The notes beneath the pieces are model-generated. The model saw only the letters and a list, made by a program, of their open reading frames with translations. It was not told the origin of the DNA and did no database searches. From assembly GCF_963921235.1 (NCBI RefSeq), contig NC_086097.1:9300001-9364000 (forward strand): a stretch of 64,000 bases of DNA, in the 5' to 3' direction. Made by a program: the position numbers and the translations under genes. Positions 24,478 through 36,924 of the stretch are shown here, one piece after another (position 1 is the first letter of the stretch; every line of letters starts with the position of its first letter). Origin of the DNA: Mobula hypostoma (Eukaryota).

Positions 24478-25736
24478 CAGGCAGTCCCAGGGTTACGAAT
24501 GAGATCCGTTCCTAAGTCTGTCTTTAAGTTGAATTTGTAGGTAAGTCGGAACAGGCACATACGTTTCTTATTTAACGTCAGTTAGTCAAATGTTTGTCTT
24601 AGTATATAGTATATATTTTACCTTTCGACAGCAGGGACAAAATGGTTCAAGAACCAGTCTTCAAAGATGGCAGTTGTAACCCAAGCCTTTGCATTTGTTT
24701 TCCAAATATTGGGAAGAGATGCCTTAATGATACAGCGAAGTGCCCTCGGATTTAGGGAGCAATACACAAGCAAAAACTCGAGCTTGAAACCCCCGGATGC
24801 ATTACCCCCAAGCAATAACGTTAGCCTATCCTTCGATGCCTTATGCCCTGGTGCACTTTTTTCCTCTTTCGAAATGTAGGTCCTTTCAGGCAATTTTTTC
24901 CCAAAATAAGCCAGTCTTGTCTACATTAAATATTTGGTCTGGGAATAACCTCTCTCCTCAATAATTTTTTTCAACATTTCAGGAAAATCACTCTCAGCAC
25001 TTACATCGGCACCTGCTGCCTCACCTTGCACTTTAATATTATGTTAATTTGCCTTCACTTTGAAATGATTGAACCAACCTCTACTCGCAACAAATTCTTC
25101 ATTACAATCACCTTCACTTGCTGAACGTGCAGCTTTTAAATCATTGAAAAGGCTTCAAGCCTTTTCTTACACTAAAGTAAGGATAATAGGCATATTACAC
25201 TGATTTTGATCGTCTAACCAAATTATCAATAGCCTTTCCATTTCAATAATTAAATCACTGCGTTGCTTAGTAATAATTGTAGCTTTCATCGGGGCAGGGC
25301 CTTTCACATGCTCCATTATTCTCACTTTATTCTTTAAAATTTTTCCGATCGTTGACCGACTGTAGAATAATGCTTTTCCAATGAACGATGGCATTTCACC
25401 TCTTTCCGATGGCTTTATTATTTCCATTTTATTTTCAATCATGATCGTTTTCCTTTTCATTGATGCATCACCAGCGCTTGCATCGGATTTACACTTTGGA
25501 GGCATGGTTACAAGAGAAAAATTTAAGCCAAATACAAAGTTACTCACTCAACACAGTGTTAACGGCAACATGATCCGACTTAAAATGGCGGACGGCGTTC
25601 TCTTTCCTCGAGCCGACAAACCGCTGAAGCCGCGCAATGTTTTAACTCAAATTTTTAATATAACAGGCTTTATGGCAGTCTGTTTGTAAGTACGAGTTGT
25701 CCGTAAGTCGGACGTTCTTAACCCGGGGACTTACTG
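24478..25736 (-). mobile_element. pogo/Tigger-type DNA transposon, internally deleted
   Basis: TA TSDs at 24476-77 and 25737-38. TIRs CAGGCAGTCCCAGGGTTACGAA and CAGTAAGTCCCCGGGTTAAGAA (18/22). Transposase: MPPK...KRKTI.IE.K.EII (HTH_psq), EMERLLIIW, ASRGWF.HFK (CENP-B HTH), NVDKTGLF, MPERTYISKEEKSAPGHKASKDRLTLLLGGNASG. Confidence 0.92.
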
Positions 25737-26641
25737 TAGTTACCATTCTATAGATTTGCTGAGTATATCCACAGAAAAATGAATCTCAGTGTTTTATGTG
25801 GTGACATTTCTGTGCCTGTACTCCGGTAATAAGATTTACTTTGAATTTTGAACTTTGACTACGTTTATCATATGTTTCCCTTCAGGCCTTTGTCAGCCTT
25901 TTGAGACTAGAATCAAATCCATTTCAAAGCATGTTTGATTGTCCTCAAGTTCCTGTTTAAATTCAGTGAACACAAATCTACTGAACAACTGCAGAATTAT
26001 TTTAAATTAAATTGCAAATGCAACTTTGCAAAGGTTGATTAGCATAGCTGAAAATGTTCACATAACAACAAAATACCAACTTGGATCACAGTGAAAATCC
26101 ACTATCCATCTGCAGGTAGTTCTCAAACAAATTCTGACCTTGCCAGTGAATCCAAAATCCACTGAAAACTGTTTACTTGATGGTTTTCAGTAAATTGCAT
26201 GAAAAATCCAAGTTCATACTTCTCACTCATAAGGTCCAATTTAATTTTTGTGGGCTCCAAAACAAGCAAAATACCCCAGCAGTGAGTAATGTGTCCAGGC
26301 AAATTACAAATAATTTCTGTAACTGGGTTTCATTCTCATCCAATTATATTTAAAATTATGGCTAACGTACATGGAAACATAATTAATGGTAAACAAAATT
26401 TACATTCAAACTTCTGCAATGGCTTCCGACACTTACACTGATAATAGAAATGATGCGTGGAATAAATGTGGCTTAGTGGAAGCTAATTTGACTCTTCTCG
26501 CCACTAGTGAGCAGGAGGTTCAGGAGGCTTCGTCCCACACCAGTAGGTTCAGCAACAGTTATTACCCTACAACTATCAGGCTTCTAAACCAGTATGGATA
26601 ACTTTACTCTCCCCAACACTGAACTGATTCTTAAACCTACA

Positions 26642-26731
26642 ACAACACACACAAAATGCTGGAGGAACACAGCAGGCCAGGCAACACCTGTAGAAAAAAG
26701 TACTGTCGATGTTTCGGGCCAAAACCCTTCA
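26642..26731 (-). mobile_element. 90-bp Penelope terminal fragment with 9-bp TSD, inserted in a Rex1 3' UTR
   Basis: TSD AAACCTACA at 26633-26641 and 26732-26740. The insert matches the terminus of the element at 9296-9390. Confidence 0.7.
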
Positions 26732-27214
26732 AAACCTACAGACTCACTTTCGAGGGCACTGAAGATTGTGTTCTCAGTATTTTGGTTTGGCAGCGGCACA
26801 GACGCAGTAGAAGCATTCCCATGCACGTCAAGAGCAGGGATTGAAAGATTCATTCTCCGTAAAAGAGAGTTACCATCTAGGACAGCAGTCATCGTTGGAG
26901 TGGTCCGAGTCAGAGTGGTAAGGCTTTGGCTCAACAGGATTCAGCGAGAACAGTGGGGGAGGCAAGGCAAGTAGGTAAGTTTATTTATTATTTGCACAGT
27001 TTGCTGTCTTTTGCACTCTGCTTTATCTTTCATTGATCCTGCTATAGTTACTGTTCTAGGGTTGGATGTGGTGACATAAACATACTTTGATAATAAATTG
27101 TGCTTTGAACTTTGAAATTTTGTCTCCTTTTGCTCATTGGTTGTTTGTCAATCTTTATTTATGAGTAGTTTTTCATAGAATGTATTGTAAATCTTTTTTT
27201 TCCTGTAAATGTCA

Positions 27215-27720
27215 AAAGTCCATAAAACACCGAAGTAAAACCAGGCCATTCAGCACATCGAGTCTGCTCTGCCATTCCATCATGGCTGATTTATTATCCT
27301 TCTCAACCCCATTCTCCTGCCTTCTCCTCACAATTTTTGACATACTTATTAATCAAGAATCTATCAACCTCCACCTTAAGTATAACTAATGACTTGGTCT
27401 CCACCGTCATCTGTGGCAACGAATTCCACCGATTCACCACTCTGTGGGGAAAAAGTCCTCATCTCTGTTATAAAAGGATACCCCTCTATTCTGAGACTGT
27501 GTCCTCTGGTCTGAAACTCCCCTGGCATAGGAAACATTCTCTCCAGATTCACTCTATCAAGGCTTTTCAACATCTGATAGGTTTCATTGAGGTCACCTCT
27601 CATTCTTCTATATTCCAGTGAGTACCAGCCCAGAGCCATCTAACACTTTTCATATGACAAGCCTTTCCAGAATCATTTTCATGGACCTCCTGTGAACCCT
27701 CTTCAATGTCGCCACGCTTC
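27215..27720 (-). mobile_element. CR1 3' fragment
   Basis: ORF 27376-27639(-): LG.YSLEYRRMRGDLNETYQMLKSLDRV...TRGHSLRI. Confidence 0.85.
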
Positions 27721-28091
27721 CCATGTCAACGTATTATGCCCACAACTCGCTAACACTAACAGTCTCGTACGTCTTTGGAAACATATCTATCTAACCAGCT
27801 ATATTTTGCAGTGTGTTATAGGCATTGCTCTTATGAAGTTTGAGGAAGGGGATTCAGTGCATCTTTATGAAGGTTTCCTGTAATCATATCACAATTAAAG
27901 TGACTAACTGAACCTATATTCATTGGACCAGGCAGCCCTAGATTTGAGGGAATTTTGGCCTACAAATCCAAAAGTTAACCACACGAAATATCTGGGCCTG
28001 TAACAAGGAAGACAACTCCGTTCTGAGATATTAATATACTAAGCTGAGGGAACAGAGTGAGTAGTGGGATTGGGAGAGTGTGGATACAATA

Positions 28092-28625
28092 TACACTGAA
28101 TGGCTACTTTATTAGGTGCACTCATCAGCTGCTTGTTAATGCAAATAGCTAATCAGCCAATCATGTGGCAGGAACTCAATACATAAAAACATGCAGACAT
28201 GGTCAAAAAGTTCAGTTGTTGATCCGACCAAACATCAGAATGGGGAATAAATGTGATCTAAGTGATTTTGACCGTGGAATGATTGTTGGTGCCAGACAGG
28301 GTGGTTTGAGTATCTTGGAAACTGTTCATCTCCTCTGATTTTCACATGCTAGAGTCCCAAGAGTTTATAGAGAATGGTGCGAAAAGCAAAACAAGTCCAG
28401 AGAGTGGCAGTTCCATGACTGAAAACACCTTGTTAATGAGAGAGGTCAGCGGTGAATGGCCAGATTAGTCCAAGTTAACAGGACTCAAATAACCATGCGT
28501 TACAACGGTGGTGCACAGAAGAGCATCTGTGATCCCACAACACATCAAATCTTGAAGTAGATGTACTGAATCTTTTGAGCAGCTGAAGACCATAAACATA
28601 CAATTAATGGCCATCTTATTAGGTA
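28092..28625 (+). mobile_element. Non-autonomous Tc1-like element
   Basis: Starts TA-CACTGAATGGCTACTTTATTAGG. Transposase N-terminal remnant DLSDFDRGMIVGARQGGLSILET. Confidence 0.75.
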
Positions 28626-29761
28626 GGGGAGATACAGGAGAGGCATTTAATTGTTAAAGTTTAACTATATCTTTTTATCTATATAAAAGATTATAATACT
28701 CATAATATGGTAACAAAATAATCTCCAAATTAACTGAGTTATAAGTTTCTGGAAGTGCACTTCTGCTGTGTGTTAGAATCACACAGTATTAATAATTTTA
28801 TTTATTGAGATGTAGTGTGGGACTTGCCCTTCGCACCACACCACCCAGCAGTGCCCCGATTTAAACCTATCCTAATCGCAGGACAATTTACAATGACCAA
28901 TTAACCCAGCAACCGATACATCTTTGGACTGTGGAAGGAAACCCATATGGTCACAGGGAGAACGTACAAAGTTCTGACAGACAGCGGCAGGAATTGAACC
29001 TAGGTTGCCTGTATTGTAAAGTGTTGTGCTGAACATTACGGTATTATATCATTCCAAATATCAATATGTGCATTGCTGCTTTCCACACAGATACAGGTTG
29101 AAGAGTGTTGTGTTTTCCCTGAAATGTAAACTCTCAATGGCCATTTAATTCCATTAAAATTAATTTTTCAGCTGAAATTCCACTGAGGTGTAACTTCATT
29201 TTAATGAAACCCCACCGCAGTTGCTGAAATTTTATTTGACAGCCTAGACGTAAATTTGAATTGTAACTTTGTAATCTGCTGAAGTAGTATTAAACAGCAA
29301 GGGAAGATACTGGACGGACTAGTCAGGCCGGGGAAATATAAAATGTAGGATTAGATGAAAAGATATTTACAGGCTTTAACATCTATTGGGAGTCATAACT
29401 TTAAAGCGATATCTCCAAGCCATAAAACTGCTAGGCTCAGGGAAGGATACCCTAATTGGATCATCAGTGGGTTTATCCTCAGACAACTTGATGCACAGAA
29501 CTCTATACATAGTGTAATTCTATCGAAACTGACATCTCACTTAAAACTGAAGTGAAATCTCACAGTAAGTGAAACCCCACAGCAGCAGTTAAAATTTTAT
29601 TTGACTGCCTAGAAGTTAAATCACAATTGTAACTTTACAACACATTGACACAGAGTTTTGGTCTTTTGATAATACTGAAAATCTCCGATCTGATTTCTGC
29701 ATAACTGTGGCGACTCAATGATCCAACCCAGGACAAGATGGGAGGAACATGGCATTGGAGA

Positions 29762-31195
29762 TGACCATAGTCATAGTCATAAGTTATACTTTATTCATCC
29801 TGGGGGAAACTGGTTTTCATTACAGTTGCCCCATAAATAATTAAATAGTAATATGTAAATTTATGCCAGGAAATAAGTCCAGGACCAGCCTATTGGCTCA
29901 GGGTATCTGACCCTCTAAGGGAGGAGTTGTAAAGTTTGATGGCCACAGGTAGGAATGACTTCCTATAACGCTCTGTGTTGCATCTCGGTGGAATGAGTCT
30001 CTGGCTGAATGTACTCCTGTACCCAACCAGTACATTATGTAGTGGATGGGAGACATTGTCCAAGATGGCATGCAACTTGGACAGCATCCTCTTTTCAGAC
30101 ACCACCATCAGAGAGTCCAGTTCCATCCCCACAACATCACTGGCCTTAAGAATGAGTTTGTTGATTCTGTTGGTGTCTGCTACCCTCAGCCTGCTGCCCC
30201 AGCACACAACAGCAAACATGATCGCACTGGCCACCACAGACTGGTAGAACATCCTCAGCAGCGTCCGGCAGATGTTAAAGGACCTCAGTCTCCTCAGGAA
30301 ATAGAGACGGCTCCGACCCTTCTTGTAGACAGCCTCAGTGTTCTTTGACCAGTCCAGTTTATTGTCAATTCGTATCCCCAGGTATTTGTAATCCTCCACC
30401 ATGTCCACACTGACCCTCTGGATGGAAACCGGGGTCACAGGTACCTTAGCTCTCCTCAGGTCTACCACCAGCTCCTTAGTCTTTTTCACATTAGGCTGCA
30501 GATAGTTCTGCTCACACCATGTGACAAAGTTTCCTACTGTAGCCCTGCACTCAGTCTCATCTCCCCTGCTGATGCATCCAACTATGGCAGAGTCATCAGA
30601 AAACTTCTGAAGATGACAAGACTCTGTGCAGTAGTTGAAGTCCGAGGTGTAAATGGTGAAGAGAAAGGGAGACAAGGCAATCCCCTGTGGAGCCCCAGTG
30701 CTGCTGATCATTCTGTCGGACACACAGTGTTGCAAGCACACATACTGTGGTCTGCCAGTCAGGTAATCAAGAATCCATGACACCAGGAAAGCATCCACCT
30801 GCATCGCTATCAGCTTCTCCCCCAGCAGAGCAGGGCGGATGGTGTTGAATGCACTGGAGAAGTCAAAAAACATGACCCTCACAGTGCTCGCTGGCTTGTC
30901 CAGGTGGGCGTAGACATGGTTCAGCAGGTAGACGATGGCATCCTCAACTCCTAGTCGGGGCTGGTAGGCGAACTGGAGGGGATCTAAGTGTGGCCTGACC
31001 ATAGGCCGGAGCAGCTCCAGAACAAGTCTTTCCAGGGTTTTCATGATGTGGGAGGCCAATGCCACCGGTCTGTAGTCATTGAGGTTACTGGGGCGTGGCA
31101 TCTTCGGCACAGGGCCGAGGCAGGATGTCTTCCACAGCACAGGAACCCTCTGGAGCCTCGGGTTCAGGTTGAAGACATGGCGAAGTACCCCACAG
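29762..31195 (-). mobile_element. Rex1/Babar-clade LINE, 5'-truncated, with an open RT reading frame
   Basis: ORF 29890-31140(-), 416 aa: LNDYRPVALASHIMKTLERL, DPLQFAY, FFDFSSAFNTI, GAPQG, KFSDD, TKELVVD, YKYLG, RLYFLRRL. (GACTAT)n-type tail at ~29762-29780. Confidence 0.92.
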
Positions 31196-31284
31196 AAGAG
31201 TACAAGTTCAAAAGTTTAAAAAAAATCAAAGTACAAATATATTACATATACTATCCAGAAATTCATTTCCTTGCAGGCATTTAC

Positions 31285-32380
31285 AGTCTGTTTGTTATGC
31301 ACCATATCATATGACGTGGGTGATCGTGGTCTTTCCATGACCATGACTGTTCTTGCCAAATTTTTCTACAGAAGTGGTTTGCCGTTCTCTTTGGCTTCCA
31401 TTTTAGGAAATTCACTTCCTTTTGTATTATCTAAATTGAATAAACAAATAGCTAATCCAATAATTAAACATACATTATGAATATGGTTTCAATTTCGTAA
31501 ATGTTTTGGTTTGAGCAAATTTATATTCTCAAGCCCTATTATATCTAATTTTTTTTTAACCCTCGGTTATGTATCAAGCCTTTTCGATATGGAAAATGAA
31601 AGGTATAACATGTTTCAGTGACTTATTTCTGAATAATTGTTGCATGTCTTTTGAACAGTTATCTAATAAATATAATTTGCCCAGATCCCATTTTTTTAGA
31701 TATCTACAAATAAGAAACTTTTTAAATATCATGCTGCTTACCTTCCCGATTTCACACCCTACTGATATCACCAATAAAATTTTAGGTTTAAATCCCTTTC
31801 AGAAGGGATTAATAGCAACTATATATGATATAATTATGAAATTACAGCCAGGTGTATCTGATAAAATTAAAAATGAATGGGAAAGGGAACTTCAACTTCC
31901 TTTTCCTATAGAGAAATGGGATAAAATTTTTCAATTGGTTAGTTCTTCCTCTATACTACTACACTTGTATTATTTGAAGTCTTTTTTGTACATGTCTATC
32001 AACAATAAGATTATTCCAATCTCTCTGTATCAATATTGTTATTCTGTTTATAATTTTGGAAAATTAATAAAAAGATTTAAAAAGAAAAGAAGTGGTCTGC
32101 CATTGGCTTCTTCTGGGTAGTGTTATCAACAATGTGGGTGTTCCCAGCCATTATGAATACACCTCAGAGATTGTCTGCTTGACATCAGTGGTTGCATAAC
32201 CAGGACTTGTGATATGCACCAGCTGCTCATACAACCATCCACCACCTGCTCCAATGGCTTCACATAACCCTGATCATGAGGCTAAACGGGTTCTAGACCT
32301 TGACCAAGGGTGATCTGCAGGCTAGTTGAGGAAAGGAGCGCCTTATACCTCCTTTGGTAGAGACATATATCCACCCGACC
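31285..32380 (-). mobile_element. Non-autonomous RTE-related retroelement, split by an L1-like insertion; second copy at ~57430-57770
   Basis: Minus strand carries a GAAGAAG.CAATGGCA.ACCACTTCT motif resembling RTE/BovB-type tails. Collinear with 57430-57770. Confidence 0.55.
31384..32087 (+). mobile_element. L1/Tx1-like 3' fragment with A-rich tail and 14-bp TSD
   Basis: TSD AGAAGTGGT(T/C)TGCC at 31370-31383 and 32088-32101. Peptide SFEQLSNKYNLPRSHFFRYLQIR is homologous to 2360-2440. AATAAA is followed by an A-rich tail. Confidence 0.85.
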
Positions 32381-33209
32381 AATATTACAAATGGTTGCCG
32401 TGTTTAAATAAAACATGTTCTTGTGCTAGATTCTGAATGAAAAAAGTTTGCACGTACAAGCAAGCATTAAGAAAAAAATAACTTTTACTTGCGTAGAAAT
32501 ATTTAATAAAATGTAATGAAAGGAAGCGAGCTATTTAAGTGTGAAACATATTTAAAAATCATTTCAGATTAACAAGCTTCTGTAATACAAAAATACTTCT
32601 AAAGATCCTTCCACAGAGTAATGGCTTATTAATTTTAAAAGATATTTTGGTATTTTTCCAAAAGCTTGTTAATTTAACAAGATTTTTTTTAATGAACAAG
32701 GCATCAAAAAGATTTTTAGTAGACCTTTTAAATTAACAATTCATTCAAATCTGACACTCAGGCCTCTCCCAGCCACTGTGTGTGGGCTCATTGCATTGAA
32801 ATCTTCTTCCAAATCAGGAAAACAGTGAACACACCCCACTTAGTGCAAATTCTAAATGTAAGTGAAATTTCAAAGTTCAAAGTCTGTTTATTATGGGTAC
32901 CATAGCAGCGTAGGGGTTAGCATGATGCGATTACAGCTCAGGGTTTTGGAGATTGGACTTCAGTCCTCTGTAAGGAGTCTCTGTACATCTTCCCCATGAA
33001 ATGTGTGGGTTCTCTCTGGGTCCTCTTGTTCCCTCCCAAAGCCCAAAGATGTACCAGGTAGGTTAACTGGTCTTTGTAAATTGTCCCATGATTAGATTAG
33101 GCTTAAATCAGGTTTGTCAAGGGTTGCTGGGTAGTGTGGCTCGCAGGGCTAGAAAGGTGCATTCTGCTCTGTATCTCTAAATATATAAATAAAATGATCA
33201 AAGAATGTA

Positions 33210-33703
33210 CAGTATTGTACAAAGGCTTTGGATAGATACAAGACTTTTACACAGTACTATATTTGACAATGTGGAGAGGAGATCGAGTTTATAAATCTGG
33301 TGGGAGCAAAGGGTGTCGGGAATGGAGGGGTGTGGGACATATAGCAGAGAAGGAGGTTTGGTGTGGAGGTGCACAGGAGCAGACACATCCAGCTCTGAGA
33401 CACCAGGCAATGTCATCTGATTCCAAATGATTGGTTTATCGATCTTTACACAACTTTTCTCTGGTGCTTCCCGCTCATTCCCCTTCCCTCTTTTCCTAAC
33501 CATGATTCCCCTCTCCCTGCCCTCTTCCCACTCTCAGTCCTCAATAGAGACCCACATCAGAATCAGGTCTACCGTTACTCACATGTCATGAAATTTGTTT
33601 TGCTTTTGCAGCAGTGGTACAGTGCAATACATAAAATCACTGCAGAACTGTGCAAATGTTTTGGGCACCGTAGTTATATGTATGTGTCTAAGAATTTTGC
33701 ACG
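33210..33703. mobile_element. Hairpin-bounded Tc1-type non-autonomous element, opposite orientation to 36320-36924
   Basis: Palindromic termini at 33210-33258 and 33643-33703. The core is the reverse complement of 36440-36850. Confidence 0.7.
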
Positions 33704-35177
33704 GAATCATATATCATATACAGCCTTAAGTTTCATCTACTTACAAGGAGCCACAAAACAAATAATCAACAGAATTCACGAAGAAAGATCACACAACCAA
33801 GACAGACAAACACCCAAATTGCACAAAAGAGAACAAATTGTGCAAATAATTTTTAAAAAAGTTGTATGAAGTTTTCAAGTACCTTCAGTCTCATTGAAAT
33901 CTATGGTAGTCTTAACTTCATAGACTGCAGCAGCATAGCCTGTAGAGAGTGGTGAATCACTGGGATTTCTACATTAAAATCAGGTTAAAATTTGCTGTTA
34001 ATAAACCTCTTGTGCTGTAAAAGAAAAATTTCTACTGATTTATGTGGAGAGAACATCTCCAACATTACTTTATGCTGGGCATCAATTCAAAGGGATCTCA
34101 ATTGCCCTGTATCTGTGATGCTTATTATTTATTGAGATAAGAGCATGGAACAGACCCTCCTGGCCCTGCTTGCTGCACTGCCCAGCAATCCCTGATTTAG
34201 CCCTAGCCCAATCACGGTTCAATTTACAATGAACAATTAACCTACTAATTGCTACATCTTTGGACTGTGGATGGAAACCAGAACATCCGGAAAACACCCA
34301 CGTGGTCATGGGGAGAACACACAAACTCCTTACAGACAGCGTTCGGAATTGATCCCGGATCGCTGGTACTGTAAAGTGTTGAGGCAATCACTACACCACT
34401 GTATCGGGCATAACATTAAATTAGATGAACAACCAATCATATAAAAGGATTTTTCCAAATAGCTAACACGGATGAGAGAAAAGAAAAACAGTTGAATTAA
34501 CAGTTTTGAAACAAATTTACTCTGATAAAGAAAAACTGGAGCAATCATTAAAGTTTTAATGTTGAAGAACTAAATAACTATTTTATTTGTGGTGGTGGAT
34601 AGTTCAAAACTACAGAATCTTTCAGTATATTTTGAAAAATTTATGTGTGCGAATTGCAACACACACACATAAGATTAATTATTAAGAACCAGAGAGGTTG
34701 TTAAGCTTTAATTATGGCTTAGTATGTGATTTGACACTCAATTGTACATCATGAAGTAAAGCATAGGATTTTCAGGTTACTTAAGACAGGGATTAGTTCC
34801 CAAATAATTTAAATTCATATTAGATCAGGTGATTTCCCTTGATTCTATTGGAGAAGATGCAAATAGTATGGCCTGTGGAGGAGGCTGTATCACTGTCAGT
34901 AGCTTCAGGATTGCCAGGTTAATTATCCATTCATAGAAATCTGAAGTCCCTGAAGGCTTCACAGTGAAATAACAGTGATTGCTGATATTGCCCTAGAATT
35001 AGACCCCAGATTGACCTGTGAAATCAAGTCTGATTATTGGTTTGAATCAATGAACTTATCAACACAAAAACCCTTCGCAATTATTATTCTGCCTGCAATC
35101 TCTGATTTACAATTTTCGAAACTCTTCAAGTTAAGTATATTATCATTAACCCTACAGATTCTCTAGACATCCGGTGC

Positions 35178-35690
35178 AACACAAGTAAAATGGTGGGGGA
35201 GCTCAGCAGATCAGGCACATTGATGGAAATGAATAAACAGTCGATGTTTCAAGGCAAGACCCTTCATTAGGATGGGAAAAAAGGTAGAAGAGAATGGATA
35301 AGAAGATAGTGGGTAGGAATAAGCAAAAATACAAGCTAGAAGGTGATAAGTGAAGCCAGGTGAGGGGGAAGGTAATTGGGCAGGGGAAGGGAGAATGAAG
35401 TGAGAAGCTGGGAGGTTAGAGGGAAAAGCTGAAGAAGAAGAAATCTGATAAGAGGGGAAAGTGTACCGTGGCAGAAGGGGAAGGAGGAGGTGAACCAGAA
35501 GACAGGTGGGAAAAAGAGAAGGAGTAAGTGGTGAGCCAGGATTGGGAATGGGAAAAGAGAGAAGGGGGAGAGGGTTAAAAATTCATGCCATTAGATTGGA
35601 GGCTACCCAGATGGAATATGTAGTGTTTCCTCTCCAGTCTGACAGTGTTCTCATCGTGACAGCACAGGAGGCTATGGGCTATAATGTCAG
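35178..35690 (-). mobile_element. Penelope-like 3' fragment, decayed
   Basis: RLERKHYIFHLGSLQSNGMN plus a degenerate terminal hammerhead motif at ~35238-35273. Confidence 0.75.
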
Positions 35691-36319
35691 AATAATTATC
35701 AGTGACAATCGAAAAGAAAGACAAGGCAATTTTCTTATTTGGCACCCACCAAATTTTACACACATGTTTAAGATATTAGGCCTCATAGTGGAGCGAGATA
35801 GAGCAGCTGGCTGAGTGGTGTCTCAACAACAACCTTCTTCTCAATGGCAGTCAAACCAAGGAATTGATTGTGGACTTCGGGAAGGGGAAGTCGATGGAAC
35901 ACACACAGTCCTCATCGAGGGATCAGGGTGGAAAATGTGAGCATTCTCAAGTTCCTGGGTGCCAACATCTCTGAAGATCTATCCTGGGACCAACATATTG
36001 ATGCAATTGCAGAAGAAGGCATGATAGCCTTCAGGAATGAGATAGATCACATTGTTTCAGGGATGATTGGCATATGCCAACGATATTAAACCTGATTCTG
36101 ATTCTAATTCCTTCCTGTCTGGATGTAGTCCTTATCACTCCATTCTCTGCAGGTAGACAGTGCTGGCAGTGCTTGTTGGCATTAATTGTCTATCCTTGAT
36201 GGCCTTTGTTAAGATTCATCTATGTTCTGAAAGATGGTGAATTACAGAGCCTTTAGGAGCTTTCAAGTTGTTGAAAGCTTTCAATAACCAGGAACCTGGA
36301 CGCTTCACTTAGCCAGATA

Positions 36320-36344
36320 CAGTATGGTGCAAAATTCTTAGTTA

Positions 36345-36401
<57 letters not shown>

Positions 36402-36924
36402 GTAAATATATGATGCTTAAGACCTTTTCACAGGACTGTAGTAATTTTATGTATTGCAGTGTACTGCTGCCACAAGAACAAACAAATTTCATGACATACG
36501 TGAGATGATAAACCTGATCTTGATATGGGTCTCCATTGTGGACTGCAGATTGGAAGGGGGCAGAGGGAGGGGAAATCATAGTCGGGAAAATGGGGAAGGA
36601 GAGGGGAGGGAGCACGATGCACCAGAGGGACATTCTGTAAAGATCAATAAACCAATTGTTCGGAATCAAATGAACTTGCTTGGTGTCTCAGGACTGGGTG
36701 TGTCTGCATCGTAACCACCCACCACCCTTAGCATTCCTTCTCTGCCACCTGTCCCATACCCCTCCCATTGCGCTCCACCCTTGCCATTCCCAACATCTTT
36801 TGCTCCCACCAGATTTACAAACTCACTCTGTACTTCACATTGACAAAAATTGTACTGTTCTAAGGTCTTAGACACCCTAGCTATATATATATATGTGTGT
36901 GTGCAGTACTTTGGTGCAGTATTG
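36320..36924. mobile_element. Hairpin-bounded Tc1-type non-autonomous element (reference copy)
   Basis: Hairpin at 36320-36438 (TA flanked), core, then a second hairpin at ~36850-36924. Confidence 0.7.
36347..36400 (+). repeat. (CA)22(TA)5 microsatellite
   Basis: Read directly. It lies in the loop of the terminal hairpin of the element at 36320-36924. Confidence 0.95.
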
